Source: Halocafeteria seosinensis
Lineage: Eukaryota
Assembly (NCBI GenBank): GCA_001687465.1
Contig: LVLI01000193.1
Location: forward strand, 1 to 55,671
Length of the DNA stretch: 55,671 bases
Direction: 5' to 3'
Shown here: in pieces, positions 48,048-55,671 of the stretch
Numbering within the stretch: position 1 is the first letter of the stretch
Layout of the letters: each line of letters begins with the position of its first letter
Program-made: the position numbers and the translations under genes
The notes under the pieces: generated by a model
Told to the model about the DNA's origin: nothing
The model's input: the letters and a program-made list of their open reading frames with translations, nothing else
Databases searched by the model: none

Positions 48048-50126
48048 CTACTTAAGCTGGACACTCGTATGGAATTCACCCAATTCTCCGAACGAATCAA
48101 CTCCACTTAACTTTTCCAGTTTGGACAATAGTTCGGGGGTAAATGCGTCTCCAACTTGGATATCTGCCTCTTTCAGAGCTCGTGATTCCACTTTCGAAAT
48201 CCTTATTTCAAGCTGATCGTTGGTGGTGTCGTCTTGAGTAAACAATCGATCCTTCAATTCCTCATAAGATTTGCCAAATATGGGAAAATGGGTTTCGTAC
48301 CGCGGAAAAGAACCCCTTCTCCACTCTTTAATGTCTTCTAAATGCAAGTCTCCAAAGATGAGCCGAGAAGAATACCGAGACACTCCATACGCTTGCTCTA
48401 TGCGTTCGATTGCCCCCTCGACCGCACTAACATAAGAATCATTCGGGCACATTGATGGCAGAGGTACAGCCATCAAATCAACTTGAAGCGCTTGTGCCTG
48501 ATCAAATACGCTATGGATGGGGATGTTTTGTTCAGGTATCCTTTGCGAACTATCATCAAATGTTGTAAGCAAGACAACTTTTCTTCCGTTTCCGTCCTTC
48601 GCATATTCGCTTTGTAACCACTTCAACGCGAGTAGACTATCTTTTCCGCCACTCCAAAAGAGAACATCCACGGTGCAATCCCGAGTTTCAGACCTTGTTG
48701 AACAAATCTTCTTTCCCTTGCTAGTGTTTAATAAAGTGGGCTCTTTAAGCCGGTTGGTCCGTTTCTCGGCTGGTACATTCACATGACCGTATGGGCAATG
48801 TCGACACTTTCTCCCGCAGCAGTAGCCCCTCTCCAACGACGCTAACTCAGTAAATACAAATAGTCCAGTGAAAGGATCTTCATACATGATCTTTCCCTCT
48901 TTCATCGCTTGATGGTGAGCCTCTTCTATCTCCACCGGCAATTCACCATTACCAGATTGTTCTTTCAAAGCTCGACGAGATGCTTTCTTGGACTTGCTAG
49001 CATCCTTAGGTGAATTAGATGGTACGTGTACTTCCCATTGGTACTCATGTGAGAACATCGTTTCCACCCCAGAATATAGCCCGTCATTTTCATTGAGTCG
49101 CTCGAATAACCAGCCCAACCATTCTAATGACTCTATGAGTCTAGTGCTTGGTCGATTGAAATGAAGATTACCATCGACAAGAACAACGTTTCCTTCTTTC
49201 ACAGCTTGTATCGATTTCCACCAAGATTGGCTTTCCAAATCCGTTCTAACGGCTTCTCTCGTTTGGGCTAAGTTGTATCCGCATGGAGCAACAACTATCA
49301 AGTCCGGGTTCATCTTCACGACATCATCAGGTTGGACCACAAACGATTTGGATCCCACCTCCTCATTCAAAGGATGGCACCCTCCAGCCATATGTATTAG
49401 CTCTGGAGTCCAATGCCCGCCTACAAAGAGGGGATCAGTCCATTCCAGAAAAGCAACTTTGGGAATATGTTGTGTCGAGCGTTCTCTGGCCATCTGCTTC
49501 ACCTGCTGAATTCTTCGAGTAAGCTCTCGTTGTGCTCCTTCTGCTGCTCGCTTCAAACCTACAGCATCTCCAACTGTAACAAGGTCGTCCAAGATCTGCT
49601 CCAGAGTAGTTGGATTCAGGTTGACAACGTGTGGAGACACGTCTTTCTCCATTCTTTCCACAGCTTCCATGACCTGAACTGTTTCGACAGAGCATACACC
49701 ACACAGAGATTGTGTCAAAATTACATCAGGTGCTAAATTCTTCAGGGTATTCTGATCAAGGTGATACAACGATTTTCCCTGCTGTAAAGACTGTCGCACT
49801 TGAGTATCGATTTCCTTGCTAGAATGCACTTCTTCCCCACTGGGAATCTCCTCCGCCGCAGACGGATAAGACTCGAAGAGAGAGGATGCCGTCAACATCG
49901 GAACACCCTCCACGAAACTCTGAGGCTGATCGCATTCATGTGACCTACCGACCAATTCCACAGGTGGCACGCGAGTCGTTGTTCTGGCGGCATCTGCCGC
50001 CACGTCTGACGTGGGAGTGTTCTCGGCCTTCCTCACTACCACGCTCAATAATTCCGTGGCACTGGGAAGAAGTGATACAACACGACAGACGTTCGAGGCT
50101 CCTCGGCCATAGGCATTGGATAGCAT
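48048..50126 (-). CDS. Fusion protein: BtuF-like cobalamin/Fe substrate-binding domain + DUF5522 Cys motif + DUF71/Dph6-like PP-loop ATP pyrophosphatase, intronless
   Basis: Binding-protein motifs RVVSLLPSATE, VGRSHECD, PDVILTQSLCGVCSV, FLEWTDPLFVGGHWTPELI, PDLIVVAPCG and VDGNLHFNRPSTRL. Cys motif YEDPFTG..VFTE....RGYCCGRKCRHCPYGH. DUF71 motifs WSGGKDS, FGDLHLEDIKEWR and GELGEFHT. First ATG at 50126. Confidence 0.9.
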   Translation of the reverse strand: MLSNAYGRGASNVCRVVSLLPSATELLSVVVRKAENTPTSDVAADAARTTTRVPPVELVGRSHECDQPQSFVEGVPMLTASSLFESYPSAAEEIPSGEEVHSSKEIDTQVRQSLQQGKSLYHLDQNTLKNLAPDVILTQSLCGVCSVETVQVMEAVERMEKDVSPHVVNLNPTTLEQILDDLVTVGDAVGLKRAAEGAQRELTRRIQQVKQMARERSTQHIPKVAFLEWTDPLFVGGHWTPELIHMAGGCHPLNEEVGSKSFVVQPDDVVKMNPDLIVVAPCGYNLAQTREAVRTDLESQSWWKSIQAVKEGNVVLVDGNLHFNRPSTRLIESLEWLGWLFERLNENDGLYSGVETMFSHEYQWEVHVPSNSPKDASKSKKASRRALKEQSGNGELPVEIEEAHHQAMKEGKIMYEDPFTGLFVFTELASLERGYCCGRKCRHCPYGHVNVPAEKRTNRLKEPTLLNTSKGKKICSTRSETRDCTVDVLFWSGGKDSLLALKWLQSEYAKDGNGRKVVLLTTFDDSSQRIPEQNIPIHSVFDQAQALQVDLMAVPLPSMCPNDSYVSAVEGAIERIEQAYGVSRYSSRLIFGDLHLEDIKEWRRGSFPRYETHFPIFGKSYEELKDRLFTQDDTTNDQLEIRISKVESRALKEADIQVGDAFTPELLSKLEKLSGVDSFGELGEFHTSVQLK

Positions 50127-50741
50127 TACCGGTATACTCCTGATCGTAGAGACTGGATGAAGGGTGGCTTGGTAGCTGACCACATGCACAGTACGGTACA
50201 GTGGAGATTAAGCTATCCTGCGGATGAAACACCACACCACGGGTATATACCGCAATTGACAAACATACAAACGTATCTCCTGAGTGAATCATTGGCTTCT
50301 CTCATTCAGAACGTGTTCTACATGTGCGTGTGAAGGTACATCACTTTCACAACACTTTCCAGTTGTCAAAGTTCGATGAATGTGTTAGTGGGTTCTGGTT
50401 CATTTGTGTTATAATCACGTCGAAATTCCTCTTTCGCGAGGACCCACGAATCCACCCCGATATACGCGTACACAGATGGCTCTCTCATGTTAACAAGAGC
50501 CTTTCAGGCTTGGCCGCCTTGACGTTGGGACTCAACTTGGGAGGCAAGGCCAACAGTCAATTCCGGCCCACTGCAGGACCTACAAAACAGCACACATAGC
50601 GGAACGCGCTGCAGACCAGACTTTCCCAAGGACCTGTATTATAGGCGTTCTAATCTAAAGGTGATGAATCCCGTAGTCGTTGCCTTTGTCAGAGCCTGGG
50701 CTAAGGCTGCGCCGACTGCGGTGGGTGCCTGGGTGCCGCAC

Positions 50742-51133
50742 ACAGATATCCCACCGGCCAGGAAGTTTGACGGTAACTTAAGCTTTGACCGCATCCTCTT
50801 AACGAGGAGCGGTATGCGCCCGTGTGAAGCAGCGACGAGCCCGTTGTTCCTGCAGTCTCGCTGGCATGCGCCGTGAGGGAGCGCAACACTGGTTTTGCTC
50901 AGGAGGCGTCGCGGGTGGCGCTATACCTCGCCCATACCGCCGACAACGATGTCAGGATTACCGACAAGTTTCAGTCTGGGACGAGACGGCCCTGTGCATG
51001 CCACAGCGACGCCAGGACCGGTTAGGTTAGGGTTAAGCGTTGGCCCAGACGAAGCAGTTGTGGCTACTGACATGCTCGCCCAAGGAGTTCCGTCCAGCAG
51101 TTTCGTCAACATAGCGAAGCGAAGAATCAATTG
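50742..51133. repeat. Long (~390 bp) copy of the dispersed structured repeat
   Basis: Aligns by eye with the reverse complement of 54694-55053 along its whole length, e.g. GCAACACTGGTTTTGCTCAGGAGGC and GCCACAGCGACGCCAGGACCGGTT are identical. Confidence 0.9.
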
Positions 51134-51239
51134 TGGAAAGTGCATGCCGTAGTGCCCAATGCAGTGCATGAGAAGAGGCGTAGTCTCGGGTAATGCGCAT
51201 TTACTAAAGGTGTAGTTGAATACACTGTATCCAAGCATG

Positions 51240-51240
<1 letters not shown>

Positions 51241-51285
<45 letters not shown>

Positions 51286-51347
51286 GACGGATACCCCACC
51301 GGCCGGTGTTTGACCGCATCCTCTTAACGAGGAGCGGTATGCGCCCG
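51241..51347. repeat. (CA)21 microsatellite plus a ~65-bp truncated copy of the dispersed structured repeat
   Basis: TGTGACGGATACCCCACCGGCCGG...TTGACCGCATCCTCTTAACGAGGAGCGGTATGCGCCCG. Confidence 0.9.
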
Positions 51348-52132
51348 CATGACACGTGGCGACGATCCACCTGTACCCGTTGAAGAATCCCACAGGGTCA
51401 CAGCTGCATGCTAGAGCAGCGGACATACATATGTCACAGTCGCTCCGAAGACGGAACGATGGGGAATTGACGGGAGTAATGAAGGAGGCCATGAGGTATG
51501 TGCGTACAGTAATTCCATTTCCATTTCGACACCGTTTCAAATCTGGCTCGTGTGTACACAATTGACCAGATTGGCCTTGCTTGCGGATACCATTGGATCA
51601 GGACTACAGCAGCGCAGCAGGGGGTTAAATACCTATCATTGTACTGTACGATGCACTCGGCTTGGAATCATTGTTGGTTGCGTTCTCTGTCAGCTTCTTA
51701 TCCAGTGAGAGCGGCACTAGGCTTCAGGGTAAGCTGTCGTCATCCCCAGTTGTACCGTGTGTGGTAATGTGTACTAAGGATACTACTTGAGAACGCTGAT
51801 TGTTGGACGTTTCGTTCGCTCTATCCATCTGTCTAGGTTCCGTCGTTCATCATTGGACTACCAGGGCCCGGTGAAACACAGGGCAAAGGCTATGTACGGT
51901 AACCGTATGATCTGGAAGCATCTGCTTCACACTGGCTTCAGTCAATGGACATGACTTCAGGGGAATAAAGGCATACTGGCCTGCATCTCCGTCATACGAT
52001 TATAATGTTTCCTAACAACATCAACGAACTCTTTACCTCGGATAAAATTTCCACCTCTTAAGCAAGGTATATTCGATTTTGCAACCAACGAGACAATTTC
52101 TCTACCTCCCACTTAAATTCGGTAGTACGACC

Positions 52133-53935
52133 TCAAATTCTTACTCGTTTTCGGGCACAGGACTTAAGCTTCTTGCACGAACTACACGGAAGATGTATAA
52201 CCCTCTTCCTCGCGTTTGCTTTCGGAAGAAAATAAGAGACCACAGGGCTTTCAATCCTCGAAGAAAAACTTGCCACCGTAGAGCTCGGTGTCAATGTGGT
52301 ACTGGAAGAAGCAGATGGTGAAGCAGACGCGGAGCAAGAAGGAGTTGGGCTCGGTAGCTGAAACTGTAAGACAGGGAATTCGTCCGGAGCAACTGTAGCC
52401 CAAACCCGATCGGACCATCGTCGTGTAGCGCCATGATGGTATAGCTTACCGACGATGCTCGACAAGTCGCCAGAGTTCCCTTCCTCAACCTCTACCTCAA
52501 CGCCATTTCCCACCATTAGAGCAGGCTGTTCATCAAAGACAGTGTAGTTGATAATGATTTGCTTCGCATCTCCATGTATCCCTCCTATGATACCCCCAGC
52601 GCTGAACCCTTCAACGTCACCAGAAACGTAGCAGTTGACAATGCTAATTGTCCCTTCACACTCATACCCGACAACACCTCCAGAGTGTTGGCCCGTCACC
52701 TTTCCCCTACTATAGCAGTTTCCGACCCGTACCTCTCCGTCGTCCGCAGCTGTCCCCAAACCTGTTATTCCACCACTTCCCGTTCCCGTAATGTCACCGG
52801 TGGAATAACACTGCTGTATCTCAAGGAAACCTTGCTGGGAACCTGCCAATGCGCCAAAAATACCGCCACTCCCGTCTCCTTTAATTTCTCCAGTAGAGTA
52901 CGATGTAGAAACGTAAATTGATCCTCCACCAGCAATTCCAAATACTACGTTGTAATCCGAGGATCCAATAATCCCTCCTGCGTTCTTACCTGAGATAATT
53001 CCAGTACTGGAAGATAAAGTAACACTTACTTCTCCTTGGCCTTGAGCTGGATCATCGCCCACTATTCCGCCGCTTCCGATGCCTTCGATCGCCCCTTTGG
53101 AATGGCATTTATGTACCACCACAAGCCCCTTATCAAATGCCGCTTCCCCACCAACAATACCGCCAGAGTGTCCGCGACTTACAGCTCCTTCGGAAGAACA
53201 CAATTGTATATAGACTCTTCCTCCTGCATGTCCGGCGTGCATGCCGGCAATCCCACCCGCGTTAAACCCCAGTGTACCATTTGAGCTGCATCTAGATATG
53301 TTGGTTGTACCGTCGCTAACTGCGACAAACGCTCCAACAATTCCGCCACCTTGATCATCAACTTCTCCTTTCGACGAGCAATTGGAAATGAGGATTTGGC
53401 CCCCATTTGCACCACATTTTTGGCCACATATTCCCCCGCCTGATGTATTGTCCAATCCTCTAATAGTCCCCGTTGAGCTACACGATTTGACGACAAAAAA
53501 CTTCTGCTCTCCACGAACAAGGAATCCCCCACCATCGCTGGTTTGTCCATTTCTCACGTGCAGATTCCTGATCACAGGAGCTTGCTCGAATGAAGTGACT
53601 GAGTTCTCAACCTCGAACAAGCCTTGAAATCTGTCCAAATCTCCTAGATCAATTTCATGCCCATGTCCTTCAAATATCTCATGAGATTGCAAAGAGATAT
53701 AATGATCATTCCCATATCCTTCGTCTTGCCAAGCCAAATTGCAGCTGAGGTCAAAGCGTCCCCTTCCCACCTCCACATGGTACATGAGACACTGTACCTG
53801 TCCATTTAGGACGGCACTTCGCAGATCCTCCTCACCTTTGGCTAGGTGATGATGAGCTCCCAGGGTGTAGAAGACTGCTCCAATCAGGTAATAATAAACT
53901 GGAAGCCATGGAAACCACCAGGTTAGTTTCTGCAT
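52133..53935 (-). CDS. Secreted/surface Gly-rich repeat protein (GLUG-like beta-solenoid), intronless
   Basis: Hydrophobic N-terminus. About 10 repeats of h..C.S.G.h.G..SGGI.G, then FEGHGHEIDL-type N-cap and WATVAPDEFPVL C-cap motifs typical of GLUG-type proteins, a Ser/Pro stalk and a basic tail. Confidence 0.8.
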   Translation of the reverse strand: MQKLTWWFPWLPVYYYLIGAVFYTLGAHHHLAKGEEDLRSAVLNGQVQCLMYHVEVGRGRFDLSCNLAWQDEGYGNDHYISLQSHEIFEGHGHEIDLGDLDRFQGLFEVENSVTSFEQAPVIRNLHVRNGQTSDGGGFLVRGEQKFFVVKSCSSTGTIRGLDNTSGGGICGQKCGANGGQILISNCSSKGEVDDQGGGIVGAFVAVSDGTTNISRCSSNGTLGFNAGGIAGMHAGHAGGRVYIQLCSSEGAVSRGHSGGIVGGEAAFDKGLVVVHKCHSKGAIEGIGSGGIVGDDPAQGQGEVSVTLSSSTGIISGKNAGGIIGSSDYNVVFGIAGGGSIYVSTSYSTGEIKGDGSGGIFGALAGSQQGFLEIQQCYSTGDITGTGSGGITGLGTAADDGEVRVGNCYSRGKVTGQHSGGVVGYECEGTISIVNCYVSGDVEGFSAGGIIGGIHGDAKQIIINYTVFDEQPALMVGNGVEVEVEEGNSGDLSSIVGKLYHHGATRRWSDRVWATVAPDEFPVLQFQLPSPTPSCSASASPSASSSTTLTPSSTVASFSSRIESPVVSYFLPKANARKRVIHLPCSSCKKLKSCARKRVRI

Positions 53936-54693
53936 GCTGCTCCTCCCTCCGATTGTGGTTGTTGGGCCCGACAACATGCTCTACTCCGGTCCAAGAAAGA
54001 CAGACAGAGTATCCAAATACCACCACACGGATGAAGAGGCTTGTCTCCTTTTGGAATAATGCGACGGGGCCTCTACAGTACAGTATGAGACAGACAACCC
54101 TGAGACAACAACGATGCTCTGTCGCTTTCTTTCCGTGCGTGTATGAGGTTCCGGAACCTCTATGTAGGCCTATTGTCCACAGTAATATGCCTATATTACA
54201 GTTGTACAGTAAGTATTTTCCTTTTCTTTTCACACAATACAATATGGTACTGTACACGTACGTTACTGTAGGATAGTACCGTTGAGTTCGGGAAGGGCCG
54301 CGTCTTCACCACGGAGACACAGAAACGGTGGGAACAAGGGAGATGCGGAACTTTCGAAAGTTGATGAAGGTCAAGCTGTCTGTCGCGTTGATACGCCACA
54401 ACGTGAAGATGTTGGAGGGTTCCGGGAAGGGTTCACCCCGCACTCGGCCTGTACCCTACAGGGCCTACACGTCTTCTGGTAACATCTATGAAACCCGGGG
54501 GCTGGGGACTTCTGCCTGTTAGCATGACCGTTGCGCCCGACTTTCCCACTCCGGGAAGTGGGAGGGTAGGCAGCTAACTATGAAACCCCTGCAACCCTCA
54601 CATGCTTCATTGGTATGCGCGCCATCATCACTTTTCAAGATTAGCTATTGTCTGATTGTATTGATTCGGAGAAGACGGGAGACTGGTGGGTGA

Positions 54694-55077
54694 TAATTAA
54701 CTTCCGCGGTCGCTACTGTTAATGAAGTCATCGTTGAAGTCCTCTTCCATAGGGGCTCGTCATTGGCCACAGCTGCTGCGTCTGGACCAACACTTAATCC
54801 TAACTTCGCTGCTGCAACCGGTCCTGGCGTCGCTGTGGCAGGCTCAGGGCCTTCTCCCAGACTAAGCCTTGACGGTAACTCTGACGTCGTCGGCATAGGC
54901 ATGGCAGGCCTCCTGAGCAAAACCAGTGTTGCGTTCCCTCACGACGCATGTCAGCAAGGCTGCAGCGGGCCCGTCGCTGCTTAACACGGGCGCATACCGC
55001 TCCTCGATAAGAGGATGTGGTCAACTCCCCGGCCGGTGGGCTATCTGTCACATACCCGGTATGTGTGTGTGTGTGTG
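54694..55077. repeat. Long copy of the dispersed structured repeat, inverted relative to the others, ending in (TG)8
   Basis: Its reverse complement matches 50742-51133, 51282-51347 and 21946-21989. Confidence 0.9.
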
Positions 55078-55166
55078 GAAAAACAGCTGCCCCACCTGTG
55101 CAAGTTCAAACTCGGCATCCGTGGTCTGATGGCCATTTGTGGGTTTGGGTCTTTTAAACAAGTTGT

Positions 55167-55400
55167 TTAAATTGGGGATGGATGATGTGCTTCGTTGCCA
55201 GTGATTCCAGGATGACCTTCTTGCCGTACCAGGCTTTCAATTTGTCGGAATGCCTCGGAGACTGTGCGAGTGGACTCCTTGAGGACCAAATTTCTGATGA
55301 GACTGGACGCTTGAAAGCAGTGTCGTTCAATGAGCCTGCCGAAATGGTAATCGGAACATCCACTGAAAGTCTCAGGAATGAAGCCTCTTCCGACGCGGAA
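55167..55400 (-). pseudogene. Possible decayed RNase H (retroelement) fragment
   Basis: VRQEGHPGITGNEA resembles the RNase HI-type motif WV.GH.GI.GNE.AD, but the final AD is missing. Confidence 0.3.
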
Positions 55401-55570
55401 CGTAACTGATGCGCTTTGGTCTTTCAATTTGAGAGTGGAGCAAGTCGAAGTGAAGGAGAACGGAGACGTGAAGTCTGCAAGGTGCTCCATGGTCGTCGCC
55501 GCATAATCTGCAGCCGTTCTCAGGGGGCTTTGCATCGAAGTCCCTGCTTCCAACCCTGATATATTACTAT

Positions 55571-55659
55571 AGGAAAAATGGTGAATTTTTGATGTAATGA
55601 CTTTTCGCTACGCTCAAAGCCAAACATCAAAAACGCTGANGCTATTCACCATTTTTCCT
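55571..55659. repeat. AT-rich nested inverted repeat (long hairpin) at the window end
   Basis: Perfect 16-bp arms AGGAAAAATGGTGAAT (55571-55586) / ATTCACCATTTTTCCT (55644-55659), enclosing TTTTTGATGT / ACATCAAAAA. Confidence 0.85.
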
Positions 55660-55671
55660 TTCTCCATATAA

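Noticed and set aside
50745..50830. HDV-like or hammerhead ribozyme, or tRNA-derived head, in the repeat
   Set aside because: I could not build the nested double pseudoknot or find CUGANGA/GAAA cores, and there is no convincing B-box.
51020..51036. GGTTAGGTTAGGGTTAA as a telomeric repeat or telomerase template
   Set aside because: Only one perfect TTAGGG unit, and it is not conserved in the other long copy (AAGTTAGGATTAA).
223..55409. The many 60-235 aa ORFs antisense to or overlapping the called genes (e.g. 5313-5858, 17387-18094)
   Set aside because: Shadow frames of real coding sequence with no recognisable motifs.
1..55671. CRISPR array, rRNA or tRNA genes
   Set aside because: I saw no regularly spaced repeat-spacer array, cloverleaf or rRNA-like sequence.

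Overview
A gene-dense window from a unicellular eukaryote with a compact genome (standard code, GT-AG introns of about 55-100 nt, short intergenic spacers). The lineage cannot be fixed from the sequence alone. It carries about 15 protein genes. Left to right: a truncated hypothetical gene, SRP68, lysyl-tRNA synthetase, an animal-type chitin synthase, an ankyrin-SPRY-triple AAA+ membrane-tailed protein, an FG-GAP surface protein, an NRF-6-type acyltransferase, PNPase, a ULK4/RUNKEL pseudokinase, katanin p80, a six-SWIB protein, a MORN/XK-like membrane protein, DIM1, a BtuF-DUF5522-DUF71 fusion and a Gly-rich repeat secreted protein. The main candidates for novelty are four. (1) The three-domain fusion, which may be a one-polypeptide corrinoid (B12) salvage enzyme. 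(2) The Ank-SPRY-3xAAA-TM protein. (3) A GST-C-like domain appended to the LysRS C-terminus. (4) A structured, (CA/TG)n-anchored, variably truncated repeat family: four copies, lying next to the two intronless surface-protein genes, with possible retroelement remnants in the last 5 kb. All domain calls come from motif recognition by eye; no searches were run.
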